The notes below the pieces were generated by a model. It was not told the origin of the DNA and did not search any database. It saw nothing but the letters and a program-made list of their open reading frames with translations. 64,000 bases of DNA from Polyangiaceae bacterium (GTDB taxonomy: Bacteria; Myxococcota_A; Polyangia; Polyangiales; Polyangiaceae), in assembly GCA_033763455.1 (NCBI GenBank), contig JANRKO010000047.1, positions 128,001 through 192,000 on the forward strand. Direction: 5' to 3'. This document shows positions 1 through 10,028 of the stretch, one piece after another. Position 1 is the first letter of the stretch. Every line of letters begins with the position of its first letter. Made by a program: the position numbers and the translations under genes.

Positions 1-904
1 GCGTCTGTCGAACAAGCCTTAACCGCACTGTCGCTCGTAGCCGCCCCACCTCTCCGAGAGAGCTATTGCGGGGGCCACCCACGCGCAAAGATGCTGCCTT
101 GTCCCCGCCAACATAAACCGAGAGCCTGCCGCCCACCTCAGCGCGCAGAGCGCTTTTTTGGAGACTCGGATGGTTGCGTTCCAGCGCATCGAAAGTTGCT
201 CGAATTGGCGCCGTCTGCCGACACGCGAGGCCTTGGGATACGTTTTTCGGACAGGTGGCAGCCCCGAGTGGCACATCTTCTAACGCGTCGAGGGCATTAC
301 CGTTGGGTCGCAGGGACACTAGCGTAATGAATTTCGGCAACGAAGCTTCACTCCCCACCAAAACCCACCTGAGCGCATCGGGATCTTCGGGTGTGCCAAA
401 GTCCCCATTCTCCAACGATGGCGGCAACCCACGAGAGATCGAGGCATGCGAGGTCGCAAGATCTACTTTCTCACCACGAGCATCTAACGCCATAACCTCG
501 ATGGCGCTCGCTCGAATGGCGACTCCCTCGATCTGTAGCGCAGAATCACCAGGCTTGAGGGCCTGGAGGCCCAACCGCACATGGGGGCCAACGCTTTCGA
601 GCATCGGCAGTGGTCGGTCTCCAGCGATCAACCGTATGCCAGGGTCCAACATTGTCTTGGCAGTGCCGTCGCGACCCGAGAGCCAACGCACATCAGTCGC
701 GGCGCGCAAAGTCAACGTCGAGGAAACGCCATCCGCCACACCGTTGTCGTCGTCATCGTCGTTGTCGACGAACAGCTTGAGCTCCACCGGGGTGCCCCCA
801 TCTGCCAGAACCGAACCTGGGTGCAGAGCCGTAAGAGCGAAGGCTGACACGAACCCGAAGAGGCGACTTCGCAAGAATCGGCCGGGCTCAGGGGGAGCTT
901 TCAT
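1..904 (-). CDS. Putative secreted hypothetical protein, 3'-truncated by the window edge (absent from the ORF track)
   Basis: Manual translation from ATG at 904 is open to the window edge: MKAPPEPGRFLRSRLFGFVSAFALTALHPGSVLA|DGGTPVELKLFVDNDDDDDNGVADG... It has a signal-peptide-like N-terminus and an acidic DNDDDDDNG motif. Confidence 0.75.
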   Translation of the reverse strand, partial: MKAPPEPGRFLRSRLFGFVSAFALTALHPGSVLADGGTPVELKLFVDNDDDDDNGVADGVSSTLTLRAATDVRWLSGRDGTAKTMLDPGIRLIAGDRPLPMLESVGPHVRLGLQALKPGDSALQIEGVAIRASAIEVMALDARGEKVDLATSHASISRGLPPSLENGDFGTPEDPDALRWVLVGSEASLPKFITLVSLRPNGNALDALEDVPLGAATCPKNVSQGLACRQTAPIRATFDALERNHPSLQKSALRAEVGGRLSVYVGGDKAASLRVGGPRNSSLGEVGRLRATVRLRLVRQT

Positions 905-1535
905 GCCGCTCTTTGTTGGTCGATCCATTCAAGCTGAATCCGGCAAAATGGTGGGTGTTAGATTAAGTGTGAACTCGAATGCTCTACTTCGCTAGTAAAC
1001 AGGCCAACTGAAGCAAGGGTGAGGAAGCGCCTACCGCTGAATAGATCTGAAGCAAAGGTGAGAGCTCGCTTCCGCTCACCTACTTCCGGCAATACAACAC
1101 CTGCGAGGCCTTAAAGATCTGCCTCTCAAAGTTCAATTACGGGCGAACAGCGGCAAGGGTTTACAGAATTCGACACTTTCGGATTATTTTTGACTCCGAA
1201 CGCCGTGCTATTTGCGGCTTGCAGCGCCGTTCTCGTTGTCGAAGGAAATCTTCGAGCGAACGGCTCCCCGCCGAAACACGACGCGCACCAATGGGAAACA
1301 AGAACGCTCTATCATCTTTCGAACCCAGTTGATGCCTTGGACCGCAGATCACCTCCAGTGTGGGACGCGAGCGGTGCCGGCCTGGCCTCCCGCGTCGGCG
1401 TGTAGGTGCACCCAAGGGTTGCCTTCACTCGGCGGGCCGAGCTCGATGCAGTGGAGAAGGCCCCGGTTTTAGCTAGGCGAGTTGACCCGGATGCCCAGGG
1501 AAACTACTGAAGGGCGGCTGTCGACGGAGAAATTC

Positions 1536-2015
1536 ATGCACTTCAAAACTTCAATGGTTCTCGCCCTCCTTGCTGCCCTCACGGCTAACGCGTGTAAGAA
1601 GAACGAAGAGCAGCCTCCTCCCCAGCAGGGCGGGTATCAGCAGGGCCAACCTGGTTATGGCCAACAGCCTCAGCCCGGCTACGGCCAGCAGCCCCAGCCT
1701 GGTTATGGCCAGCAACCTCAGCCCGGGTATGGCCAGCAGCCTCAACCTGGCTATGGCCAGCAGCCCCAGCCCGGCTACGGCCAGCAGCCCCAACCTGGTC
1801 CCGTCGCCCCGGCTCCAATGTCAAAGCCTGCCGATGCAGCGCTGGCGTGCCAGTCTGATGCTCAGTGCCTCACGCACCGTTGCAACACCCAATACGGCAA
1901 GTGCGCTTGGCCCTGCCAGAGCAACAACGACTGCATGCCTGGCAATCAGTGTGTAGCAGCAGTTGGCGGCTGCATGCCTCAGATCCCTCAGGTGGCTCCG
2001 CCCCCGCAGCAGTGA
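1536..2015 (+). CDS. Lipoprotein with QPGYGQQP tandem repeats and a C-terminal 8-Cys domain
   Basis: ATG at 1536 follows a [28 protein letters not shown] is lipobox-like. There are six QPGYGQQP repeats, then CQSDAQC..C..C..CQSNNDC..C..C. Confidence 0.8.
   Translation: MHFKTSMVLALLAALTANACKKNEEQPPPQQGGYQQGQPGYGQQPQPGYGQQPQPGYGQQPQPGYGQQPQPGYGQQPQPGYGQQPQPGPVAPAPMSKPADAALACQSDAQCLTHRCNTQYGKCAWPCQSNNDCMPGNQCVAAVGGCMPQIPQVAPPPQQ
1647..1799 (+). repeat. 24-nt coding tandem repeat, 6 full copies plus a partial (QPGYGQQP)
   Basis: Unit CA(A/G)CC(T/C)GG(N)TA(T/C)GGCCA(A/G)CA(A/G)CC(T/C). Variation is confined to synonymous third positions. Confidence 0.9.
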
Positions 2016-2072
2016 ACGAGCGGCTAACCCTTTCAAGGGTGGACGTTCGTGAGCAGCGGCCCTAGGCCAGAG

Positions 2073-2756
2073 TCACGCCCTTCCCCCCATAGCTAGCTCT
2101 TCAAGCAAGGCTTCCGCACCGCCATCCCAGGCTGCACCTTGCACGGCAACACCGTCTGCGCCCGCGTGCAAGCACGCCTGCGCCAAGCCCGCCCGAACAC
2201 CACCCAGCGCGAAAACCAGCGGCCTCTCGCGCGGATCAGGACAGCGTCCTTCTAGGTGCTTCTTTGCGCGAGCTAGCGTCGCAAAGCCAAGCGCCGAGCG
2301 CCCTTTACGCGCCTCAACAACGGGCGACAACAACCAAGCGAACGGACCAGGCCCCAGGCTCGCGACGTTGTGCGCCGCTTGGGTGAAGAACGGACAAGAC
2401 CCGCGGGCAAGGCCGGAAGCAGGCGACACCGACGGACTCTGGGAATAGAGTGCACGAGCAGCATCCAACGTGAAACTCCGCTCACCGAGATGCACACCGT
2501 CAGCGGCAAGAAGCGCGGCAAGGTCGAGCCTGTCGTTCACAATGAAGAGCGCGGAATAGCGGCGCGTAAGGTCGCGAAGGTCTTTGCCAATTTCCAGGCG
2601 GACACGCGCGGGAAGCGAATGGTCTCGAAGCTGGATCGCTACCGCACCAGGCCTGCTGTGGCGAACCAAAAGCTCGCTCTGCTGCAGCGTTTTCTCGACA
2701 CCAAAACGAGCAACATCTGTTATCGCCATTAGGCGGAGCTCACCCCGAGCTTTCAT
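2073..2756 (-). CDS. thiE: Thiamine phosphate synthase family protein (ThiE/TenI-like)
   Basis: Motifs AIQLRD, FIVNDRLDLA..ADGVHLGE, VFALGGV and AGADGVAV. It is in the same operon as thiG. The start at ATG 2756 is inferred. Confidence 0.75.
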   Translation of the reverse strand: MKARGELRLMAITDVARFGVEKTLQQSELLVRHSRPGAVAIQLRDHSLPARVRLEIGKDLRDLTRRYSALFIVNDRLDLAALLAADGVHLGERSFTLDAARALYSQSPSVSPASGLARGSCPFFTQAAHNVASLGPGPFAWLLSPVVEARKGRSALGFATLARAKKHLEGRCPDPRERPLVFALGGVRAGLAQACLHAGADGVAVQGAAWDGGAEALLEELAMGGRA

Positions 2757-3189
2757 GCGCCTTCTGAGCTGGGAATCTGTGGCGCCCAAGTGCCACGATT
2801 AGCCCCGTTCCGAGGAGCACCCCCAAAGCATCCGCGAGCAGATCTGCCCAGTCTCCAGAACGATACGGCAGAGCTGTTTGCCAGAGCTCAATGAAGCCCC
2901 CAAATGCCGTGCACCCCACGCCTGCAACCACAAGATTCATCCGTTCGGTCGCAAAAACGCGCTCATGCAGCAATGCTCGATGCACCAAGAGCTGCATGCC
3001 AAAAAAGGCAAGCGCATGTTGAACTTTATCGATAGAGAGCAGCGGCACGCCCACGCTGGGCACTATCGGAATCGAACAAGCGAAAAACACACCAAAAATG
3101 TAGAGCAGCGGCGGCCCATCAATGAGCAGGCGTTCCTTCCAGCTTCTTGGCACCTCGCTGGGTGGAGGGAGCGTGTCTGGATCGTTCAT
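2740..3189 (-). CDS. VanZ-like family membrane protein
   Basis: DKVQHALAF, IELWQTALPYRSGDWADLLADALG; four hydrophobic segments. Confidence 0.8.
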   Translation of the reverse strand: MNDPDTLPPPSEVPRSWKERLLIDGPPLLYIFGVFFACSIPIVPSVGVPLLSIDKVQHALAFFGMQLLVHRALLHERVFATERMNLVVAGVGCTAFGGFIELWQTALPYRSGDWADLLADALGVLLGTGLIVALGRHRFPAQKAHESSG

Positions 3190-3199
3190 TGAATGGACC

Positions 3200-4420
3200 T
3201 TAACGCTCCAAGGTAGCTGTTTGTTCCAACTCGCGCGCGTTCGTTTCCGGCATCCACACCCAGATCAGGATAACCGCCAATATCGGGAAGATGGCCGTGA
3301 GCCGAATCGCGTTCCCCCAGCCCCACTCGGAGGCCAGTGCACCCAGCGCTGCAGGAGAAAGCACGTAGCCGATACGGCCAAGCAGATTATTGGACCAAGC
3401 AAATGCCGCGCCCCGATGTTCGGTGGGGAACAGCTCGGTAGTGAACGCATTCAACACAGGGAGAACGGCACTTACTCCAAAAATCGACAACGCCACCGCC
3501 ACCGTCAGCGGCCACTGCCCATGGAGCGTGTAGCCGCCGAACACCCCGAGAGAAGTGAGTCCGAAGATGACCAATGCCCCACGGCGACGCCCCACCCTAT
3601 CCAAAAGGTGACCCGCAAAAAATACGAGCGGCATAGCGACCACCGCAGCGATTGTGATCACGGCCCCAACCTGAGCATCCGTCATCGATCGTTCCGCCAG
3701 TGCGAATTCCTTCCAAAAGACCACGGCGTTGTTCGTACAGAGGTAAGACAAGAACCAAATCAAGCCGAGCTTCATGACGCGGCCTCGGTACGGTGTGCGC
3801 CAGATGTCAAATAGCGAATGTGCGCGTTGTTCCGCCGTAGAAGCCGCGAAGCGCTCCGTTTCTTTTAAACCTCGCCGCGCGTACGCAATCAGCAAGAGCG
3901 GCACAATTCCGACGAAGTAGACGCTTCGCCAGCCGTAAGCGGTGTTCAGCAGAAGCGGAGCCACCCCGCCGCACACCACGGAGCCGAGTGACGACATAGC
4001 AACGACGACCCCCATCGCCGTTCCCCGACGCTCGGCGGAGAACTCCTCAGCCGCCACCACCATGCTGGTTGCCCATTCGCCAATAAGAAAGATCCGCCCA
4101 ATCATCTGAAACAGGGCGAACGAATAAACGTCCGGTGAAAGCCCGGATAGTACGGTAAATAACGTGTACCCCAGGATCGTAACCGTGAGCACTCGTTTGC
4201 GCCCCCAGCCGTCCGCGCGCCGCACGAAGAGATACGCGATCACCGTTCCAAGGTTGATGAACGCCGAAAGGAAGCCTCCCCCCGTTTCACCAAGCCCCAT
4301 GTCCGCCCGTAAATTGGGCAACACCATCGCAAACGCGTAGTGATCATACCCTTCAAAGAAGTTGGCAACGCCCAAAAATGCGAGCAGGCGCCGCTGGTAA
4401 GGAGTGAACCTGTTGCTCAT
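3200..4420 (-). CDS. MFS transporter
   Basis: About 12 TM segments; MFS motif A (ADGWGRK, LDRVGRR); ELFPTEHRG and MPETN. It overlaps the thiG stop by 4 nt. Confidence 0.9.
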   Translation of the reverse strand: MSNRFTPYQRRLLAFLGVANFFEGYDHYAFAMVLPNLRADMGLGETGGGFLSAFINLGTVIAYLFVRRADGWGRKRVLTVTILGYTLFTVLSGLSPDVYSFALFQMIGRIFLIGEWATSMVVAAEEFSAERRGTAMGVVVAMSSLGSVVCGGVAPLLLNTAYGWRSVYFVGIVPLLLIAYARRGLKETERFAASTAEQRAHSLFDIWRTPYRGRVMKLGLIWFLSYLCTNNAVVFWKEFALAERSMTDAQVGAVITIAAVVAMPLVFFAGHLLDRVGRRRGALVIFGLTSLGVFGGYTLHGQWPLTVAVALSIFGVSAVLPVLNAFTTELFPTEHRGAAFAWSNNLLGRIGYVLSPAALGALASEWGWGNAIRLTAIFPILAVILIWVWMPETNARELEQTATLER

Positions 4421-5205
4421 TCGATCAGCCCCACCGTGGGGCTCGAGGCGTTAGCGTAACGCTGAACTTGCATTCTACCGGCCAAAAATGCCTTGCGCCC
4501 CGCAGATATCGCCTCACGCATGGCCTCTGCCATGAGCACCGGCTTCTTCGCATGTGCAACGGCCGTATTGAGCAATACTCCGTGGGCGCCCAGCTCCATG
4601 GCGATGGCGGCGTCACTCGCTGTGCCGACGCCAGCATCGACGATGACGGGCACTTTGGCATTCTCAAGGATTAACTGCAGATTGTGCGGGTTGCGGATCC
4701 CGAGCCCGGAGCCAATGGGAGCAGCGAGCGGCATCACGGCGGCGCATCCAACGTCCTCCAGCTTGCGACACATGATGGGGTCATCGAAGCAATAGGGGAG
4801 CACCATGAAGCCCTCCTTCACCAAAATCTTGGCGGCTTCAAGCGTGGCTTCGTTGTCCGGATACAGTGTCTTCGGATCACCAATCACTTCCAACTTCACC
4901 AAATCCGCAATGCCGAGCTCCCGCGCTAGGCGCAGAGTTCGCACGGCATCGTCGGCGGTGTAACAGCCGGCCGTATTCGGCAAGATGGTCCAGCGCCCAC
5001 TGCGAAGGAGGCCCATCAGGGAGCCCTGCCGTTGATCTTTCAGATCGACACGACGCAGCGCAACCGTGACGACTTCGGCCCCCGAAGCCACTAGCGCCGC
5101 TTCCGTCTCCTCGACGTCTTTATACTTACCCGTGCCGATGAACAGGCGGGAGTGAAACGTGCGACCACCCACGGTGAGCAGATCGTCGAGAGAAGCTGCT
5201 GTCAT
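4417..5205 (-). CDS. thiG: Thiazole synthase
   Basis: [70 protein letters not shown]. The start at ATG 5205 is inferred. Confidence 0.97.
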   Translation of the reverse strand: MTAASLDDLLTVGGRTFHSRLFIGTGKYKDVEETEAALVASGAEVVTVALRRVDLKDQRQGSLMGLLRSGRWTILPNTAGCYTADDAVRTLRLARELGIADLVKLEVIGDPKTLYPDNEATLEAAKILVKEGFMVLPYCFDDPIMCRKLEDVGCAAVMPLAAPIGSGLGIRNPHNLQLILENAKVPVIVDAGVGTASDAAIAMELGAHGVLLNTAVAHAKKPVLMAEAMREAISAGRKAFLAGRMQVQRYANASSPTVGLIE

Positions 5206-5274
5206 ACCCTCGGGCGTAACCCTTTGGGCCAAGGGGAGCAAGAGATCAGGGTGATTTGGGGCATTCCCCCCAAC

Positions 5275-5553
5275 TCAAACGAACCCAGCTTTACGTGCAC
5301 TTTGCTGCGGAGCATCCACCGAGCCGGCGTAAATGTCCGCGAGGGCTAGGACATAGATCTCGTCCTTAACGGTGCGCAGCCTCACGAGCGGCCCGTCCGC
5401 GCGCAAGGCGCCAATTCGGCTCACCGACATGCCTGTACCGGCTGCCGACACGTACAACGTGATGTGCCGCCCTTCGGGCAACTCCATCCAACCTTCTGCG
5501 GCCTTCTTCGCGCCTGCCTCGGCGATCAACGCCTCCAAATGCTCGTTTGTCAT
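5275..5553 (-). CDS. Small hypothetical protein (92 aa)
   Basis: ATG-initiated ORF with protein-like composition, upstream of thiG. It lacks a C-terminal GG, so it is not ThiS. Confidence 0.65.
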   Translation of the reverse strand: MTNEHLEALIAEAGAKKAAEGWMELPEGRHITLYVSAAGTGMSVSRIGALRADGPLVRLRTVKDEIYVLALADIYAGSVDAPQQSARKAGFV

Positions 5554-5657
5554 GGCGGAAACTTAGCGCACCTTTGAGGCCCGCGAGTCAAGCCTTGGGC
5601 ATTTTTAGCCGTGTTCTTGTGCATTCATGGGGGCGCCCTATGCTCGCTCGCTCTTGC

Positions 5658-6488
5658 ATGGCGGCCTCCCCGGACCCGATCCCCTCGACGAAAGCCTCGC
5701 CCGCACACGCCGGGCCTTCCGGCCCGCATATTGTGATCCAGGGCCTCGGCAAGAAGTTCGGAGACTTCGAAGCGCTTGCGGACGTGAATATGAGCATCGG
5801 CCGCGGCGAAATCGTAGTCGTGATTGGAGGCTCGGGCGCTGGAAAAAGCACGTTGCTGAAAATCCTCATTGGCCTCGATAAGCCAAGCACGGGATCGATT
5901 CTGGTAAACGGCGCGGACATTGTTCCGCTGAAGGAACGCGAGATGAATCGCGTCCGCACCAAATTCGGCATGGTTTTCCAGTATTCCGCCCTGCTCGATT
6001 CGATGAATGTGCTCGACAACGTGGCTTTCCCCCTGCGCGAACACACAAAATTGAGTGAAAAAGAAATCCGAACACGCGTCATCGAAAAGCTAAAGGTCCT
6101 AGATCTAGTGGACATCGAAGAGCGTTTCCCGAGCCAACTCTCAGGCGGCATGCGAAAACGCGTGGGGCTCGCGCGCGCTCTCATGTTGGAGCCCGAAGTC
6201 CTGATGTACGACGAGCCCACGAGCGGCCTCGATCCCATCACAAGCCGCCTCGTGGATCGCCTAATTGTCGAAACGCGCGATCGCTTCGGCGTCACGAGTA
6301 TCGTGATCAGCCACGATATGGCCGGCGCCCTCAGAATCGCAGACCAAATCCATATTCTGTCAAAGGGCCGGCTGGTGGCGAGCGGTACTCCGAAGGAGCT
6401 TGTGGAGGGGGATAACGCGTTGGCTCAGGAGTTCTTTGAGTCGAGCGGGATTGATGCGCGGGGGTTGGCGGGGATGGCGGCGCGCTGA
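5658..6488 (+). CDS. mlaF: ABC transporter ATP-binding protein, MlaF/Mkl family
   Basis: Walker A GGSGAGKS, GMVFQYSALLDSMNV, PSQLSGGMRKRVGLARAL, YDEPTSGLDP, SHD. The start is inferred. Confidence 0.85.
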   Translation: MAASPDPIPSTKASPAHAGPSGPHIVIQGLGKKFGDFEALADVNMSIGRGEIVVVIGGSGAGKSTLLKILIGLDKPSTGSILVNGADIVPLKEREMNRVRTKFGMVFQYSALLDSMNVLDNVAFPLREHTKLSEKEIRTRVIEKLKVLDLVDIEERFPSQLSGGMRKRVGLARALMLEPEVLMYDEPTSGLDPITSRLVDRLIVETRDRFGVTSIVISHDMAGALRIADQIHILSKGRLVASGTPKELVEGDNALAQEFFESSGIDARGLAGMAAR

Positions 6489-6539
6489 GTTGCGTTGGGG
6501 CCGAGCCGAAGTCATTGCGCGCGCGGACGGGCTGAGTCT

Positions 6540-7529
6540 ATGGTTCGGGGAGTGGCAAAATCAATTCTCGTAACAGGCTCGGCAGGCTTCATCGGCTCCC
6601 ACACGGCCGAAGCGCTGCTTCGTCGGGGCGATCAGGTCATCGGGCTCGACAATCTGAACGACTATTACAGCCCAAAGCGCAAGCGCCAGAACCTCGCCGA
6701 AATCGCGGCCACGGCCCGAGCGTCAGGAGGGACCTTCGAGTTCATCGAGGGAGACATTCGGGATCGGGCGCTTTTGGATCAGCTCTTCGCCAAGTACTCC
6801 ATTTCATCGGTTGCTCATCTTGCCGCCATGGCCGGAGTCCGCGTGTCTGTGGAAGATCCTTGGCTTTACTACGACGTGAACCTGACGGGCACACTCAACC
6901 TGTTGGATGCGGCGCTCCGCCACGGGAAGCCTAATTTCGCCTTCGCGGGAACCAGCAGCGCCTATGGGCGCTCAGATGTGGTGCCATTCGTCGAGACGGA
7001 TCCAGCGGATCGCCCCCTCGCACCCTATCCCGCAAGCAAGCGTTCCGCCGAATTGTTGGGCCACGCCTACCACCACTTGCACGGCATCGATTTCACTGCT
7101 TTGCGCTTTTTCACGGTGTATGGCCCGCGCGGTCGCCCGGACATGATGGCCTACAAGGTCCTCGATTCTATTCGTCTGGGTGTTGAAATTCCCCTGTATA
7201 ACGCGGGGAAAATGCACCGAGATTGGACCTACGTGGATGACATCGTAAGTGGCGTGGTAGCCGCGTGCGATACTCGCCTTGGCTACGAAGTGATCAACCT
7301 TGGGCGCGGTGAGCCCGTGTTGCTGGCTGACTTCGTCGAGGGGGTTCAGTCGTTAGCCGGCAAGCCGGCCAAGCTGAAAGATGCGCCCATGATGGATGCT
7401 GACGTCAGCTACACCTATGCTGACATCTCGAAAGCACGCCGGCTCTTGGGCTATCAGCCCAAGACCAGTGTAGAAGTCGGCGTTCGGAATTTTTACAAGT
7501 GGTACCAAGCGGCTGTTGCGTCAGAATAG
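6540..7529 (+). CDS. NAD-dependent epimerase, UDP-glucuronate 4-epimerase-like
   Basis: GSAGFIG, DNLNDYY, HLAAMAGVR, YPASK, LRFFTVYGPRGRPDM. Confidence 0.85.
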   Translation: MVRGVAKSILVTGSAGFIGSHTAEALLRRGDQVIGLDNLNDYYSPKRKRQNLAEIAATARASGGTFEFIEGDIRDRALLDQLFAKYSISSVAHLAAMAGVRVSVEDPWLYYDVNLTGTLNLLDAALRHGKPNFAFAGTSSAYGRSDVVPFVETDPADRPLAPYPASKRSAELLGHAYHHLHGIDFTALRFFTVYGPRGRPDMMAYKVLDSIRLGVEIPLYNAGKMHRDWTYVDDIVSGVVAACDTRLGYEVINLGRGEPVLLADFVEGVQSLAGKPAKLKDAPMMDADVSYTYADISKARRLLGYQPKTSVEVGVRNFYKWYQAAVASE

Positions 7530-7568
7530 CGGCCTAATCGATCGAATTTAGCGGGAAACGAATCTTCT

Positions 7569-8519
7569 ATGGGACTTGGCTCAGCAAGAAAAACTGCACT
7601 GGTGACCGGCGCAGCCGGATTTCTAGGGTCACACCTGGTGGATCGCTTACTCGCCGAAGGTTTTGAGGTGGTGGGCCTCGATAATTTGATGACGGGGGAT
7701 CTTACGAACCTTTCGAGTGCGGCCCGCGATCCACACTTTCATTTCCAGGCGGGTGACGTTCGCGAACCGATGCACGTGTACGCTGAGGTCATCTTCAATT
7801 TCGCTTGTCCTGCCTCACCGGTTCACTACCAACACGATCCTTACGCGACGTTTACGACAAGCGTAATGGGGGCACAGCGGCTGATCGAAATGGCCCGAGG
7901 GCGGCCGTGCACTATCATTCAAGCTTCCACCTCAGAGGTGTACGGAGATCCACTTATCCACCCGCAGCCCGAAAGCTACTGGGGCAATGTGAACCCCATT
8001 GGTGAGCGCGCGTGCTACGACGAAGGTAAGCGCGGCGCCGAAACACTGCTAAATGACGCCCGGCGCCGATGGGGTGTGGACGCACGGTTAGTCCGGATCT
8101 TCAACACGTATGGGCCACGCATGGCCCGCAATGATGGTCGGGTTGTTTCGAATTTCATCATGCAGGCGCTGGAGCAAAAGCCGCTCACAATTTTTGGGAC
8201 GGGCAGCCAATCTCGATCATTCTGTTACGTAGATGACCTGATTGAGGGGTTTTTCCGGGTCTCGCGCTTGGCGGAGCTCAACGGCCCCATGAACTTGGGA
8301 AACCCGAATGAGTTCACAGTGCGGGAGCTCGCGGAAATGGTAATTCGGCTCACTGAATCTAGGTCTCCGCTAGTTGCGGAGCCGCTGCCATCGGACGATC
8401 CAAAACAGCGGCGCCCCGACATCACGACTGCGCAGCGTCTGATCGACTTCGTACCTGCCGTGCCGCTGCAAGAAGGGCTTCGAAAGACCATCGACGACTT
8501 TCGCGGGCGGTTTGCGTGA
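7569..8519 (+). CDS. uxs: UDP-glucuronate decarboxylase (UDP-xylose synthase)
   Basis: GAAGFLG, ACPASPVHY, ASTSEVYGDP, YWGNVNPIG.RACYDEGKR, DGRVVSNF, DDPKQRRPDI. Confidence 0.92.
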   Translation: MGLGSARKTALVTGAAGFLGSHLVDRLLAEGFEVVGLDNLMTGDLTNLSSAARDPHFHFQAGDVREPMHVYAEVIFNFACPASPVHYQHDPYATFTTSVMGAQRLIEMARGRPCTIIQASTSEVYGDPLIHPQPESYWGNVNPIGERACYDEGKRGAETLLNDARRRWGVDARLVRIFNTYGPRMARNDGRVVSNFIMQALEQKPLTIFGTGSQSRSFCYVDDLIEGFFRVSRLAELNGPMNLGNPNEFTVRELAEMVIRLTESRSPLVAEPLPSDDPKQRRPDITTAQRLIDFVPAVPLQEGLRKTIDDFRGRFA

Positions 8520-8580
8520 GAGCCGAGGGCTCGGGCTTCACTGTTTGGTTCACTGGGCTTCCAAATCATGAGCCGCTTGC

Positions 8581-9783
8581 TCACTTAGGCGCGGGACCCG
8601 AGGGCATCAGGCCGGCATAAACACGCTCGTACTTAGCTACTATGTTCCCCGCATCGAACAGTTCGCGAGCGACGACTTCGGCACGGCGCCCGACTTGCTG
8701 CCAATCTTCGGGTGACCTTGCTTGAGCGGCTACGGTGGCAAGGAGTGCTTCATAGTCTCCCTGCTTGATGACCAGTCCGCAGGCGTGCCCATCGAGTATT
8801 TCTTGCGCTGATGCCACGTCGAAAGAGATCACGCCCGTACCGCATGCCAGGCTCTCGATCATCGCGCGTGCCAAACCCTCGTGAGCACTTGCACAGAGGA
8901 CGCAGTCCAAGCTTTGATAAAAACGGGCAACATGCGCCGAAAAGCCGACAAAGCGTACCAGGTCTTCCAACCCGTGCTTCGCCACCGCTTCTTGACAGGA
9001 CCTCGCATACTGGTCCGTATGAGGTACAAAATCGCCGACGAACCAGAATCGAACATTCTGTGGCAACAGGTTTCGATACTTAGCTAACGCCAGAATGAGT
9101 TCGAGTTGTTGTTTTTTGGGTACAATCGCTCCCACAATGCCCACGGCAAATTCACCTGGCCGCATCCCCAACGCATCCCGCATCCGCTCCCGACTCTCCG
9201 CGTCGAGAGCGCACATCACCGTAAAATCAACCACGCTGTAGATGGCTCGTATGGGGGCTACCCAGTGCCCCGGAACGCAACGCGGGAGCGTGGTCTTGGC
9301 CTCAACGAAAAGGCGCATTTCCTCAGACAGTACGATCACCTCGTTGGCAACGAGCCTCGCCGCTGACCATTTGGTTCCCCCGACCCCCAAAGTGTCCCGA
9401 ATGTTGTGCACAATCCCCGCGCCTGCGAGCCGGGCGCCAATGCCGTAGTGGATCATCGCATACAGGTCATTGCAGTGAACCACATGGACCCGCGTTCGGC
9501 TTATGTAGCGATAGGCGTGGATGTTGGAGCGCAGAATGCCCATGGCTCGTTCCAACTTCGACATTCGGCGTGTTTCGGTTGCCGGCGTGGCAATCGGCCA
9601 CACCTCGACGCGGCGTCCCGGTTCGGCCCAACGCGTCGTCGCGTCTGACTGAATCTGAGTCACGAGCAGTGGCGTGAACTCCTTGAGGTTGGAAAGCAGG
9701 TGCAGCAGACTTGAAATCCCCCCATTGGCCTGGTGCGTGCTTTGAAACGCTATCACCAAGAGGGGGGGTCGTAGCTCGGACAT
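8581..9783 (-). CDS. Glycosyltransferase family 4 (GT-B)
   Basis: C-terminal EGLARAMIESLACG (Ex7E) motif; VGIVGAIVPKKQ. Confidence 0.85.
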   Translation of the reverse strand: MSELRPPLLVIAFQSTHQANGGISSLLHLLSNLKEFTPLLVTQIQSDATTRWAEPGRRVEVWPIATPATETRRMSKLERAMGILRSNIHAYRYISRTRVHVVHCNDLYAMIHYGIGARLAGAGIVHNIRDTLGVGGTKWSAARLVANEVIVLSEEMRLFVEAKTTLPRCVPGHWVAPIRAIYSVVDFTVMCALDAESRERMRDALGMRPGEFAVGIVGAIVPKKQQLELILALAKYRNLLPQNVRFWFVGDFVPHTDQYARSCQEAVAKHGLEDLVRFVGFSAHVARFYQSLDCVLCASAHEGLARAMIESLACGTGVISFDVASAQEILDGHACGLVIKQGDYEALLATVAAQARSPEDWQQVGRRAEVVARELFDAGNIVAKYERVYAGLMPSGPAPK

Positions 9784-10028
9784 CAAGGGAATTCTTTACC
9801 TCCTGCCTCGGGGCCCTGCCCACCCCGCAGAAATCTAAGCACTGACATTTCGGGCCATACGGCCGAACTGGGGCGACCGTTGGTTGTGAGTTTCGCAGTG
9901 TGCTGAATCGCGATGAACCAGAACGCCCGAGGGTGCAACCTATTCACACCGGGAAGCCCCAAAATTCGTGGTGATCGGGCTAGGCATTGCTCGCGATTGA
10001 GCGTATTCCGATCCGCATCGCTCCTATC

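Noticed and set aside
174..995. 273-aa + strand ORF
   Set aside because: It is a Ser/Pro/Arg-rich antisense shadow of the minus-strand secreted protein at 1..904.
1647..1799. Regularly spaced repeats as a CRISPR array
   Set aside because: The 24-nt units are contiguous, have no spacers, are in frame in a CDS and vary only synonymously. No cas genes are present.
5206..5274. TPP riboswitch upstream of thiG
   Set aside because: The gap is short and no TPP aptamer core was recognised; there is only a small TTGGGG/CCCCAA hairpin.
5275..5553. ThiS sulfur carrier upstream of thiG
   Set aside because: It ends in KAGFV rather than Gly-Gly and is longer than typical ThiS.
3122..6295. Antisense ORFs such as 3122..3814 (+) and 5588..6295 (-), and many similar short overlapping ORFs across the window
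   Set aside because: They are shadows of well-supported genes in GC-rich DNA and show no recognisable motifs.
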